64,000 bases of DNA from Enoplolaimus lenunculus (taxonomy: Eukaryota): contig JASANG010001276.1 in assembly GCA_030248215.1 (NCBI GenBank), positions 310,001 through 374,000 of the forward strand. The letters run 5' to 3'. Positions within the stretch are counted from its first letter, which is position 1. Every line of letters starts with the position of its first letter. The position numbers and the translations under genes are program-made. This document shows, piece by piece, positions 49,101-63,137 of this stretch. The notes below the pieces were generated by a model. It was not told the origin of the DNA, did no database searches, and saw nothing but the letters and a program-made list of their open reading frames with translations.

Positions 49101-50051
49101 CGTTCAAAAAGAATCTCAGGAACCGCTGAACCGATTTTGACAGACTTTTTTGTTTGAAAGCTTATCATCGTGGAGTGTTAACCTCGCAGTATGGTTGTAA
49201 AATTTTAAGCCATTCATTAGCTGCGTATAGGCTAATTTGCATATAATTGGTTATGCCTAAATTAGCACTTTTTACTGTCACTAATTATTAAGGTTACAAG
49301 CAAACTAATTTTAGTTCTAAACGGTTTTTGGGTTCTAGAAACCTGAATAAATTATTTATAAACCTCCAAATCCAAAATGAAGTTAGCTAATAGCTAATTT
49401 GCATATTAGCTTAACTAATATGTAAACCTAAATGAGGTTTTTTAAATAATTTCTGTTATTACGAATTAGGGTTACTGAAGGGATCTGGCTGCGAGAAATC
49501 GGAATAAATTGTTTATAAAGCTTCAAAACGAAGTGGCAAGACAAAATTAAGACTTTTTAAATTATAGCAGTAAGAATAAATTGCTTACAAACCTCTTGAA
49601 CCGATAATTGGGTAGTTCGCTAATAGATAATTAGCATATAAGTTATAATTGATAAGCCTAAATTAGGCAATTTTATTATATTTCACTAATTATTAGGGTT
49701 ATAAGCAATCTAATTCCAGCAATAATGGGTTTTTGGATGCGAGGAATCTGAATAAATTCTCTACACATCCTGAAAACCGAAAATCGAATAGTTAGTTAAT
49801 AGCTAATTTGCATGTTAACATAGTTTTAAGCCTAGATTAGGACTTTTTACAATATTTAACTAATTATTAAGGTTAAAAGCAATCTAATTTCAGCATTAAA
49901 GGGTTTTCAGGTGCGAGAAATTTGAATAAATTGTTTACAAACCTCCAAAACCGATATTAGAATAGTTAGCTAATAGCTAATTTGCATATTACCTCAATTC
50001 CTTACGTGTGTTCAAGCTTCGCTCAGTAAATGTAGTCCTACTACGACTGGT
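49100..50051 (+). mobile_element. DINE-1/HINE-type element, inverted relative to the 5433-6230 copy
   Basis: Reverse complement of the central repeats; ends GCTTCGCTCAGTAAATGTAGTCCTACTACGACTGGT. Confidence 0.8.
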
Positions 50052-50600
50052 TTATTATTGTTTTCGATAATTTGCTTCTGTCCAATTTGGGTTATAGCTG
50101 GCAACTGGAAAGCAGTTAGCGCCATGCTTCACAGGCACGGGGGCACGTGATGGAAGAAATACCTCAGAATGCCTGTTTGGCTGTTGTACAGTTTCATTAA
50201 TAAAATATATGTATCTATCTATCTATCTATGTGTATTCTGGCGTCGCCACCCATATATGTTTAAAAATCCTAAATCACGAATGTTGAAAGTCTTATACCG
50301 CTCAAAAAACATTAATAATAAAATATTGAAAAACAATGTAAATATGGTAAACGTATTCATATATTTGGCACAAAAAATACATATGACAACAATCACATGT
50401 CAGCAAAACACTGATTATATATCAAACAAAAAAATTTAGCTGTCGCAGAATTATATTAGTGATACTGACTGGCTTAATATCGCAGAATTTCCCTACGAGA
50501 CAAACTTGCGATCAATAAAAACAATGCGTAAATGGTAGAAATGATGATGTTTGAACATTCACCAGCCAGTGTACTATATAGATTTACTACAGTTGCCCAT

Positions 50601-51322
50601 TGTGAGCCAGGTATATATTAAGAGCCTGGGGTTTGAATATTAAGGTTGTTAGGGGACTGGGCGAGTTCATCCAATTCCAGCCTTAACAGGGGTTTCGATC
50701 TCCGATTTAGCACTCAGAAGCCCGTCGAACTCGCTAATAAACAAGACTAGAGTTAAGCTTTAATAACAAGTAAGTTAACATATTAATACGAACAAGTAAG
50801 AATGCAACTTACAAATACGAACACGATTAGTTTTCAATACTCATGATTGAAAACTAAATGAAAACTAAGTTGAAATTAAATCTAAATTCCAAACAGAACT
50901 AAAGCAGTATTAATGCTGCATAAAAGCAAACAATCCGAAAACTAATTAGAACTCATTCCAATTTTCCCGGAAAATTGTCACCACATAGCACAAGACAAAA
51001 CTACAGACTGAATTGCATTCACAAAACAACAATTTGCATAAAACTTCAATCTGGAATCAAACAGGTTCTTCAGAGCAAAATACCAGCTATTTTGCTCTTA
51101 CAATAATTTTCCTTAAAGCTGGTTCTTAATCCAGATGGAAAATATTATTTCTTTTACTTTTCAGATTTTCCTCTCAAAGAGGAAAACCAGTTTTGTCTGC
51201 TGAAGTAATTATCCGAAAAATATTCTAAGTCCACGGGTATGTCATCACCCGTCTAGGTTTCATAGTTTTCTTACACGGTTATGCCTTTACCGTTTAGGCA
51301 TCAGCGGTAGCAACCGCTCACA
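50601..51322. mobile_element. Solo LTR (722 bp)
   Basis: TGTGAGC...GCTCACA inverted termini (TG..CA) with perfect 5-bp TSD CCCAT. Confidence 0.7.
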
Positions 51323-51871
51323 CCCATGTGTTGCATTTTGCATACTCGAAATTTCCCGACTTACTTACACTGACTTAGGTTTAACGTGTTATCGCGTTGC
51401 TATTACTTTACCATTTATTGATAAATTAAGATCTAGCATGCTCTAAAAAGCGCAACCATTAAATTTACTTCGGTCAAACACATATAACAGCATAAAATTG
51501 TCTTATAACAATAAAAATATTAAAACAATTTGCCACAACTGGCAATCCTGGTTGACATCAATACCAGTCTCAGTTTCTAAACCTAAGACTGAGACTGAGG
51601 CTACGCCAGTCTCATGAATTTTAGAGACTTGAGACAGAGACTCCCATCCCTGCAATACAGAGCATCAGCTCGCGCCGATGTTGTCCAAGTACGTCAGCCT
51701 GTCCACGGTTGGCTTTAGGAATTTTGTCCAGTTGTTCAGCGATTTGAACATGCTAACGAGTCTTTCTAGATAAGATCGTAGAGCTTGTCGGAACTGCACG
51801 GCCGGGACGACAATTTCTTTGAAGTACAGCGAATATATTTGTTTTTTTCTCTAAATTTCTCCGAAACATAT

Positions 51872-51943
51872 GGCCACGCCGGGAATGGAACCTCGGACCT
51901 CTCTCTCGTGAGTCATGCGCGCTACCCATTACGCCGCCCGGCC
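51872..51943 (-). pseudogene. tRNA pseudogene or tRNA-derived SINE head
   Basis: GGCCGGGCGGCGTAATGGGTAGCGCG...GGTTCCATTCCCGGCGTGGCC has A/B-box-like motifs and a partial acceptor stem, but the anticodon stem does not pair. Confidence 0.55.
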
Positions 51944-53314
51944 GATATTATAATTACGTCTGGAGATGCGCACGGGTATGTATATGTATTAACATTACAC
52001 ACTCTGCGCATACACAAGCTAAACCGCGTTTAAACACAGAACTAACACGCAAATTATTAAATTCACCTTCATTACAAAAAGAATAGCCGTTGAATTTTAA
52101 CAGCAATAAATATATACTGAACACTGAATTCATATTTACACGTGCGGCAGGCGCCGAATTAGCGATCAACGGAACCGAGTGACCGGTTAAACTACAGATG
52201 CTAGCTATGAATTTCCCTATTAAGATAATTTCGCAATAATTTTAGTACAGTAAATATATCGATTAGGTTTAAAAAAATTCAACAGTTTTGGCATTAGCCC
52301 GCCCCATTTTAGGATCAAAAACTCTTGATATCGTGTTCGCATATTTTCTATGCTATGGCTACCACGTATGGTGTGGATAAAACATAAATCGCAATGTGCA
52401 AAGGCCGAAGGATAGGCAAATGGAAAATTTTTAAGCAGTTGTTATGCCGATGCGGATTTCGGTAAACGCAAAAAGCGCCGATTATGATAAATCAGCACAT
52501 ACTAATGAATTGAGCTGTTTTTATTCTACGCAAACTGTAAACAAAGTTTAACTTAAGTTGCTGTAGCGCTTTAGATGAGTTTACTGCGGCTTGAAAATTG
52601 TTTATAGGTTTTCTATTTTTAATTTTGCCAATGTTCTGACTTAGAATCTTATAATATGAACGTAGGATTTGTCTGCGCAGTCAGTAGTTACTCAAACTGA
52701 GTCTTGTTAAACAATGAACAAATATAATTCGTTAGCTAGTTCACAAAGCAGGGTTTCAGTGAAATTCGGATTTGGGCGTAATTTCTGAGCTCCACCAACA
52801 TTTAAGTTGAGATTTCTGCCAAGCATTAATTCAGCACTAATTTTCAGTTTTTCGGCTATGTGTTATGCGTCACATCTCAAACTCAGAACTCATAGATTAA
52901 AGTATAATCACAAAATTCGTGTATAATGCATCGTTCGCAATAAAAAAATTCATTTTGCCACGGAAAGCATTATAAGCTAAATGTAACATGTGTTAATTGT
53001 CAAAATTGTCATGCGTAAACCCTACCCAGGGTTCAACCGGAATTTTTGTTCTTCAAATAATTCATGGTCATATAAATATTCGAAAGTTTGTTTTTGAAAA
53101 TTGTTATTTCGAAATGAGTGTTTTGTAATTAGGTCAATCTTGTTACTAAATTGTTTCTGATGTGATTTCGTAAAACTTAATGATAGGTTTCGGTATCCGG
53201 TAAATTAATATCCGATCGAAACCTTATATATATTTTTTGCAGCATACATACAGAAAGTAAAAATATAAGGTAGCGTTTCAAATTTGCAGATTTAATTAAT
53301 TCGATGGCACAACC

Positions 53315-56300
53315 ATGGATATAAGCGTTAACGTAATTGGACTTCTCAGCGGTTTAATGACAGGGGGCGTGGTCGGTAACGCGTATTTTCAGAATCGGCA
53401 ATTTTATCCTGCTATGGTGTACATTGCCAAGTCCAATACTAGCCGCGGGGTATGTATAATTACTATTGTGCAAACAGACACTATAAATTACCGCAACAGA
53501 AGCCAGATGATTGTGTGGCTTTAGGTTGAGTCGGAGTCGGATGTTTTTTGACAAATTGTATATTATATAACTTAAGCACGCTAATTTTGTATCACTTGCT
53601 ATAAGTTTTTTATAATGTTTCGACAGAAGCTTTCGTATCTAGTAGCTGGGTTTTTAATGTGCCTACTTATGGCAGTCATTTCAAAGCAAAACTCGCTGTG
53701 AACGAGAAATATCAATTATGATTGTTACATTTCAATTACGTAGTTGTAATGACAGTTTTTAAGAGTTGCTTATGGTTTGTTTGTACGAGATAATCGATAA
53801 ATTTTGCTTACGTGCTCATAGCAGCTGCAGAAAGTTACGCGTTTTTTACTGTGCTACAATTTTTGTCGAAATTCTTCTTGTATTGTTTCTGCATGACAAT
53901 TTTTGTACAATCATAAGTATGACATGGAACAGTATTTTTAGATTTTATTTGTCCAAGCATTCGTCCTTGTTATCGTTCTGGCTAGGATTGTACGCAGAAT
54001 ATTTTTCGGTGCGCTGAGACCACTGGAAACGCAGGTATTTTCTCTATATCTTTTGCTTAAATGAAAAATGTAAACATTTTGTGAGTGTCATGTGCTACTA
54101 CCTCATTATGGAAGCCAGATGAGATTCATCAGAATGCTGAGCATAAATAGCGGTGTTAAACTTGTGCGTGTGAAAAAACCATGAAAGATTTAAAAGCAAT
54201 TTCTGAATATTTATTTCTAGCGATTGTGGCCACTGACATAAGTATTGAAGCGGTGACTAGGCCACAATTTTGCTTCGAAGACGGAGACAGGGTTCAAAAT
54301 GATTCGCACTTGTTAGAGGTCTTGGCAACTAAGAGTAGCAGTTTAGGTAGATTTTAAAATGGTTGTCTCAGTAAAAAATTGAAGTTCCGTGTGGGTTCGA
54401 AACGGTAAGTTGATCTATAGTTCTCTTAGATCTGACAGTACGCTGTGTGTAAAACTAAAAAAAACGTCGCGAGCAAGAAAGTGTACGCAATTTTAGTTTT
54501 AAAACCTTTCGTAATTGTAGCATATCTCTTGGATGATAATTTCCATGCCCTGGTGCTGGGGTTATGGTTCGGCCACAATATCTGTGTGACTGACTCAGTT
54601 GTGAATTTTTCATAGCAAAAATAATGCGTAAAGCTACTGCAAATTAGAATGGGAAATAACTCCGCTGTCCCAGTTGATCATCATGTTTTAAACGTTTTGT
54701 ATTTTATAATCAGTAAAACGTTAATAGCAAACTACAAAATCTTTGTGTGTCTCAGTCAAGGGGTTGCATTCATATTTATCAGCGTTTATTTTAGAGAATG
54801 ATGGACCGTGCGTGGTACGCGATATTCGAAATTTGTCTGGCTTTTGCCGTGTTTCGAGATGATATTAATACACGCTTTATCGCAATGTTTACTTTGTTGC
54901 TTTTTTTGAAAACTTTTCATTGGCTAGGTGAAGATCGGGTAGATTATGTAAGTGTTATGAGCGCAAACTGGTTTAATCTAGCTGTTTATATACGTCGGAA
55001 GAAACATTTTCGAATATTGGGTGTGAATTTTGTCTTACATGCATCAGTTCGTATTGTGCATGTAGGCTCGAACGAATGTGTTTTCCTGGCTTTTTTGTAT
55101 AGTACCATAATGTTTTGTTATTTACTGGCACATCGCAAAACATGTTAACTGAGCAGCTCATTATATGCTTCGTGGTAATTTCTCAATTAACACGTAAAAT
55201 TAGCTATATATTCATCGAATGTCAGTATTTAGATCGAAAGAAGCCCTCAAATTCATGTCATTCAGCATGTTCGGCTAGGCTGTGAGTTTTGTTTTTACTG
55301 ATTATGTTTTACACATGTGTTTTACTTAGGTACCGTAGATGGCGTTCTCTTGTACGCGTGTATCTTACAGTTGAGTGACCAGGTTCTGTCAAGGCAAGGC
55401 GTGAATTTTATTACCAAGAAAAAATTTTTCAAAAGCAAAGCGCTATATATGTACACTACTTGACCTCATTGCCTTCAAATTCTGAAAGTAGAAAATTCGT
55501 TGTGTTTGCTCACGTTTTGCTTTATTTTTCCGTTTTCAGGCCTGGTGGTCGTCCTTGTCCTAATTGATGCGTTATTCATTCACACTGGATACACAATATC
55601 ACTGATTAGAGGCGCATCGTATCACTTAGTTCTCGGATTTGAAGTAAGTTAAATATTATAAGAACTATATAGTAAACAACGTGCCAATTTGAACCGGGGT
55701 TTGCAGCCAAAGCTTAAAGACGACAAAGTTTTTCACCAAACTAAACTTTAGCATGCAGTGTGCATATATTTACGTCATCCCCATAGAGATCGTTTATTGA
55801 ATATTTTATTCCGAAATCGAGTCAAACTAGACGAGATCTCATATGCTTTTGAAACTGTTTAACAATTCTGAAAAACTTATAGCGTAAATCGCCACATTGA
55901 CCTATTTTCGTAATACTGTAGCGTAATGCGCTTTGGCCAAACTAAGTGCACGGATTCCAATGTTGAGTAAGAGCAAAAAATGTATCCGTTTGAATCGTAC
56001 ACATATTAAGTTAACAAATTTACCTTATGAACATTACTGTGGTTTTAGTACGCATTGCTCATTACAACAGCGTTTATGATCGCTTTTAAATATATCCTGT
56101 ACATTATTGACGTGTGTTTGGGTTTACCGTCGCGCGAGGCTCGGGTGACTTATCTTTTGTATGCTGAATTGATAATGAGTAAGCGAAAATGTATTAGTGG
56201 AGTGGCTTACGGCTTGTTTGAATATTTTATGAATATATATTATGACCTTTGTCAGATCTGATGCGGATTCAACATGTGTTGATACTTCCTGGTATATACT

Positions 56301-59300
56301 ATATGTGTCTATGAGGTTGTAGGATTTTGTAGGCTTAGACGACATTGGCTGGGTTTCCGAAATCTTACTTAATGTTTACTTAAGTTATACTTTACTGAAG
56401 TCGTCAACTTAAAAATAGTTGATCAACAAATAAACGCCAGATACGAGTGAGCTACAATCATGATAAAGAAAGTCTGTTTAACTTTATATTAAGGAGTGAT
56501 AATGAGTTTGCAATTTCAATAAGACCACGGTTAGTATGCCTGAGATGTTTATCTGTAATATACCAAATTTAGTCAGTGACTTAATTATTTACTTAAGTTA
56601 ACTGCGCTTTTAAAAAGGGCAATTGGATAAGTATTTGCTTAGCGCATACCCAGCTACTAAATCGTATTTAAGAAGGGTTCCGGAAGCCCAGCTATTACCT
56701 CAGGTTTTATGTTTACGTTGCACTGTTTGTTTTTGTGGCAGGCTTTTTTATGTTTAAGTTACATAGTTAATTTTTGTGTTGTAGGCTTTACCCGAATGGT
56801 GTTATTTTCGTTTTATATTTCAATCATGATTCGCTTGAGGACACCACCTTTGTTTAGCGTTCGACCTATTTATAGCGCTGTAAGGTACGTGTTTCGTTGA
56901 TGCATTGAAGAGTAAGGGTTACGCTATACTTCGTTGAGCCGGCCGCCGGCTTGCGTCGCCCAACGGCGACATGCGGTACTTTTTAATAAAAAATTTTACA
57001 GCGGCGCGCGGTGGCGTGCCGCATAATTGTTACCGTGCCGTGTGCTGGCGCGCGGCGAGTATAGCGCCACCCTTAGTTTTCTCATTTTTCCTAACCATTT
57101 CACAAAGTACAATTCTGTTCTATTGAAATCTTTTAACGCCTAATGCTAGATTTTATCAGTTGAATATTGGGCATCGCTGAATTAGATTTTAGGACGAAAT
57201 ACTGGTAAGTGGCAAAGATTACTTTGCAGCAATTGCGTATAATCACATTTAAGTTTTGTTAAGATTGTACATCCGTCGCGTTTAAGCAACACCTGTGTTT
57301 AAGTTTACAACACACTGTTCTTTTAAGTACATTGTGTCTGTTACTGTATTAATGCCTGTTATATGAAAATCGATTATTATACGTTTTTGTTTGTACAATC
57401 ACTTTAATTATAAACCATAAAACAGTTCTTGCTTGTAGGACATTTCGAATTACATTAACTACGCTGGTGAAGTCAAATCGCGCGGTCTCGAATTTAAATC
57501 GGCTGTGAGTTTCAGTGTTTAAAATCATACCTGTCATGACTCTGCAAGCAATAATTTTCATATTATTATCACCGAATTGTTTTCATACTGTTTATTATTG
57601 TTTCGCAAATATGTATACTGTTCGTTGTAACTAAAAAACGGTAGTAAAACGCTAATCATAATAATTTAGGTTCACCATCGATCCGTGTTATATTTTGTTT
57701 GGTCGGTTTTGAATTCACGACATAATCGTTATTTTCCTATTTGCAGTTATCCAAATGCGTCTGAGACGGAACTGCGCGAGTCGGGTGTATGTATTATTTG
57801 TCGTGATGAAATGTCAAGATTAGCGAAAAAGCTACCATGTGGTCATATTTTTCATACGTCGTGTTTACGATCATGGTTTTTGGTATGTACCAGGTTATCA
57901 CAACAAACATTTTCAGACTGGTTTTCTTGTTCCTTACTACATATTGTAATATTTGTTACTTACGCACATCTGTAAAAACCAAATGATTGTCTGTGATCTG
58001 GTGAGTTATGCGTTAGCAGTTACAACACTCTGTAAGAATGGATATTTTAGAAATTACCATCTGGAAGCGAACGGGTTTGTAATTTTTGGTCATTCGACTT
58101 TTCGAATTCTTTAATTTTGGTACATTTTCTGGTAGAATTTATTGTAGAATACTAAATAGCATGAACGGCATTTTGTGTCCTGGTTTGGGGGGCAAGTAAA
58201 CTTTTGGCTCGACGCTGCGAGTGTTTAGTACGTTATTTTGACAGTGTACGCTAAAATAACAAATTTGATTTCAGCATCAACAAACATGTCCGACATGTCG
58301 CGCAGACATGCTTGCTCCTCAACAGCCGTCATCCACGTCAACCCAAATACAGACTCCTTCGCCTGTTCGAGATAATACTCCAGCGCAAGGTAACATTTTG
58401 TACAACAGGTTATGCGCAATAAGTTGTTAATGCCAAATGAATATTTTTGTTCAACTTTTTTTCATGAAATGGTTAAAGCTAACAATTGGAAGCTCATTTC
58501 GCAACTGCGCGCATTTCAATCTTCCTGTTGTTGTTTTGAACAATCAATGTTGTAATAGTGATTGTCTTTTGGCCCAAATTATGTGAAATGTTTGTTTTTA
58601 GTTTATTTTTCATTCTATCTATATCAGTATTTATCTCTTTTAGTGGAACCAATCAGCAGAGTTTCATCGCCTGGCATAGTTGCATTCGCGCCGCGGAGCA
58701 TACCGTACGCAGCTTACTCATCGGTTCCATTCACTGTGCCTGGTTAGTTTTTACATTTTTGATAAGTTAAAAGATAAGTCAGCGGCTAAACTCATGTCAA
58801 CTGTCAACTTGTTAGCTGTTTTCTTTAAAAATTGGATGCTAGCATTTTGACATATACAGACAAAACATACAGGTGCTTTTCTGTGGATAACAATATTGGT
58901 TATCAAGTTGGTATATGACACTGTTTTCTTGCAATTTTAGCAATGGTAAATGCATCCGATGTAATCCCGCGAATTGATAATAACTATACGGTGGCTGCTG
59001 CAAACATGGCCGATTTGTACTTGACCAACGCGAGTAATTTGTTGGAAGCTGCTTCAGGTCAGTTTCAACAGTATATCAGTACAGTGTCAGAGAGATAATT
59101 TTGTGAGTATGAATATTTGTTGCAAAACATGATAAAACATTTTTTTAAAATATGAATAAACGTATTTTTTCTATTTACCCTGTACCGCAAACAATGAAAC
59201 CCAAATATAAATGCTTTAGGATATATATTTTCACCGTTAGAGTTTGGGTTAATGTCTGGTACTTTGGATATTTGCCACTCGTTTACTTTGATGAGCGTAA

Positions 59301-60306
59301 CAGAGTGTATAAGCCAGGGGAGTACCGAGAGGGAGGCCCCCAATTTGAATCAGTCTGTGTGTCACAATTGCAAAAAATGACGCCTTGCTTTTCGCTCGCT
59401 TTGCTCATGAAGTTACTAATTTTTTTAATTTTCAAAAAATTTTACCTCCGACGGTGTTAAAAGGAAAACTTCATAGTTAAATTCCCCAACCTAATCAGCT
59501 CAAAACTAAAGATAATAAACATGGTACAAAGCTTCACAGTTACACAAGTTCTTGACGGGAGTAGGTTCCGGTTTGGTGGTTTAGACCAAGCGGCTGATGA
59601 ATAAACCAACGTTTTAAAACTTTTACAGAGGGGTTTAATAATGAAACAATATATAGCATCGCTCGTGAAATCTTCAAAACTTAGTATGTAGCTTTTTGCT
59701 TGCGACATTTTCTTCAAATCGCGTTCGCGTAACGAATAATTTGGTCTGACCCAGTTACCCAGCCCGCTGAGATCTAGGGGACCTAAAAGATGACTCTAAA
59801 ATTGCTCACAGAGCCGAGTAGGAAAGCGTGACCATTCTCATATATCCCGCCAAAAAATTGTATTGGTCCCTGATAAAGGGTTCTAAAGGTTACTTTCAGG
59901 TGGAATCCCAATGCAAATACTTGGCAGGATGCGGCCCCAATAATTTAAATCTCTCGGTACGCCACTGGTATAAGCATATTTCTAAGCTTACGCAAAAAAT
60001 CGTGCTTTATTGGAGTCCCGCAGAAAAACGGCACGGTCGTTAAGGTAATTAAGCCAAACTTACGATGCTTGCTTTATCGCAACGAGTTTTTTATCATAGC
60101 AAAAAAATACATGCTTAGCATGCTGTAATTTTGATTTGTTTCGTTGTCAATTGCTTCTAAAATTTTGAAACTTTTCAAAATTTAGTTTTTTGTTAATGCT
60201 TGTCGCTTTAGAACTACTATAAATCTTGTTTTGCTAATACATCACGGTGACAAATATTTCTGCGTTAGCATTTTTATGCATTTACTTGGAAATTTCAGGC
60301 GGCTAA
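53315..60306 (+). CDS. SYVN1: HRD1/synoviolin-like ERAD E3 ubiquitin ligase, ~434 aa; exons 53315-53449, 53942-54034, 54795-54947, 55233-55281, 55540-55643, 56049-56178, 56785-56884, 57439-57504, 57747-57882, 58275-58389, 58644-58742, 58941-59057, 60299-60306 (last exon tentative)
   Basis: NAYFQNRQFYPAMVYIAKS; FFGALRPLE; AWYAIFEICLAFAVFRDD...FLKTFHWLGEDRVDYIERSP; RING-H2 CIICRDEM...[29 protein letters not shown]. All junctions are GT-AG and in frame. Confidence 0.9.
56916..57072. mobile_element. GC-rich palindromic MITE
   Basis: Homologous, in inverted orientation, to 21416-21578. Confidence 0.7.
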
Positions 60307-63137
60307 CTGGTTAGCTTAGCGTTCAGCAATCATTTTGTACATGACCGACTTGCTGATAGGTATTGTCTCTTAGTAATATTGATATATAAAGATCTCATGT
60401 GCCATTTTGTGTCAATGAATGTGAAGGACATTTTCTGCTTTAATTTATATTTGTTTGCTTTAAATGCATTAAATCACTGTTATTTTGTTTGGAGCAGCTT
60501 TAACCAAACAACTTGAACTTTGGGAAACGTTTTATATAAATGTCTAAATAGTATATGTACATACTTCTAGTTGGTCATTTCTCAGTATGGATGGAAGCAC
60601 CAATTTTAGCCGATGTTCGATATAACATCGTTTACAACTATTTCAGCCAGAGAATCCTAATCTTACGGCGTAAACCGGATATCCGTCCCGTAAGAATCAG
60701 TGTCCGTTTCTGTTATGGAAATAGCGAAAATTCTGTTATTTTTACGTTCAAAATTTCGGGCGGGAAAGGTTGCGCTTAAATGCCTGCGGAAAAAAGTCGC
60801 GCTCAATTTCCAACAATCGAAACCGGAGTTGCGCCAAAACTCGAGTGAAAAACGTTTTTTGGTTGCTGACCCTAATACAATAAACTGCAAATTCATCGTT
60901 TAGTTTTACAATCCGTTTCGTGCGAAAAAAAGTTGCGCTCAAATCCTGATTGTATATACAGCAGGATACTTACAGCAGGAGGCCTGGTTCCAGCAGAAAC
61001 TCCGGCTCCGTGTAGAATTTTTGCCAGAAGATTGCGCAATTTCGGTAATAAAATTTGGCATATTGTGAAAAATTTATCTGTTAGCACATTTCGTTTTACT
61101 TTTGTCACAATTTTCAGGACACAGTTTCCGAAATTTTGCAGAAAATTAAACCAGTATTTTTACTACCTAATTTCGCCTCACCTCCGGTTCCGGCAAGTTT
61201 AGTTGACCTCCGGTTTAGGTATTTTTTACCTCCGGCTGCACCCTGTTGTTCAGATACCGTTCAAGTTTCCTAGAATAGGAATTTCTCGGAGAGATCCTAA
61301 TTTCTCAGTCTGTGTATTCTGGGATTTATCCGCGGATTACGTGACGGAACGCGCCTGTTCTCTAAGTTTGGGCCTCCTCTTTTAATGCATTATGTTGTTG
61401 AGAACGGTTTTCTTAGAGGAATATTTTCATATTACAGTTTTGAACATAATAGTTGCAGTCAGAGTGCAACCGGAATTGCGGTTCCGGTATGGAACATTTC
61501 TAATATCGAGTTCCGGTATTCTTGGTACTGAAAATTTCTCTCATTCGCAAATTTTAGAAAAATTAGGATATTCTTACTTATTTTTTAAAATTGTCTGATG
61601 GTGTACTGCCGCAATTTGCAATTTGTGTCATACTTCATAATTTATCATTCGTTTCCAGCTACTGCATTTGTTTCAGAATTTTGGCATTCTAAATGGTGTG
61701 CTTAACAATTAAAAGCTATAAAATAACGTTGAAAATGAATTTTTGGTACAAAGTATTTTTTGTTTTCCGGTTCCGGTATTTTAAAATTTCGGCTGCATTC
61801 TGGTGGGCAGTCAGAGGGAAACTGGATATTGATTTCAAGAAGGAAAATCCTTGTTTGTTTTATGTTAATATGGAAACACCGGAAGTCCTGTTTTATTTTA
61901 CAGCCGTTCTATCTAATCCGCCAGCATAGCGCAATTGTATTACAAAAAATGGACATTTTTAAGCTCGTTTAGATTTAAGTATATTCATTTTCCGTAATTT
62001 CTACTGTCAGCTTATTCCGTATTAGCAGCACTTCTGTACACGGTGTCTACACGACTTATTGATTTCTGTTTTAAGCTCAACCTCAGTATTTTAAAAAAAT
62101 TTGGTTTTGTCCATAAATCCGTATGCATGAAATGAACACAAAAATACCAAAACGGTTTAATTTCCGCACTCTGAACCAGTTTCCAATCACCGCTCGACAA
62201 GAACTTTTGAAAATTTGTTCATGCGCATTGCGCATAGACATAAAATAGCGCATATTGTGTTCATTTGTTCCCTCTGAATTGTAATGTTTACTAAATTCAC
62301 TATACAGCCGCTGATTAGCGTTCTGCAATGCTGTTATATGCTCTATCTTAATCATAAGGACACGGTAGTGTCTCTTATAATATGTTTTACCCAAAATTTT
62401 TGATTCTAAAAATCGTTCATATTTTCATGCAGCTAGTTTAGATATGTATAATTTATCGCATGTAGCAACATCATACTATAAGCTTACTACATACAATGTC
62501 AGGTTCCATTCAAATTCTGTAGTAGCAAACTAGGCGAAAGTTTGCTCTAATTTTTGTGCAAATTTTCTTCGTATTTTGACTCAGATAAACGGCGTCGAAG
62601 TAAACTATGAAACTACGCAGCCCCGGTACATAGAGCCAACAATTATTTTTTAAGCATTGCCTAGTGTGTTGGCTTAGCGTATTGTTATGCAACAGTTGAT
62701 GCTACATTATCTCGTTTTTCGTCATACTGTGCGTTGACTTTTTTAAAATCTGTAAAGAAAATTGTTTTAAAAACAGGAATATACATAGCTAGGTAGAGCA
62801 AACTATCATGAATGCGGATCGATTAAAATAATAATTGGTGGGGTTGGTGCATCGGTTATGAGTGACTTAATAATCTTGGTAAGTTAGTGGTTATGAGTGA
62901 CTTAATAATCTTGGTAAGTTAGTATCAATTCAATTTTGTTTGTTGTTCGATCTTTTCAGTATCTATACCCGTATCAGAACAAAGTTACTTTTGTAAAGTT
63001 GTGAAACAAGTTGTTAAAGTGCCCCTAACCGGGCCATAGAAAAAGATATGTTTTGAAAACATATTTGATGTGTAACGGGTAAAGTTTAGAAACAAGGGAC
63101 TCGAACAAATTTTGAAAGTTAAATTCACGTACTACCT

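Noticed and set aside
60555..62400. Cluster of short ORFs
   Set aside because: They lie in TTCCGG/GCGC MITE-like repeats and have no recognisable domains or consistent splice chain.
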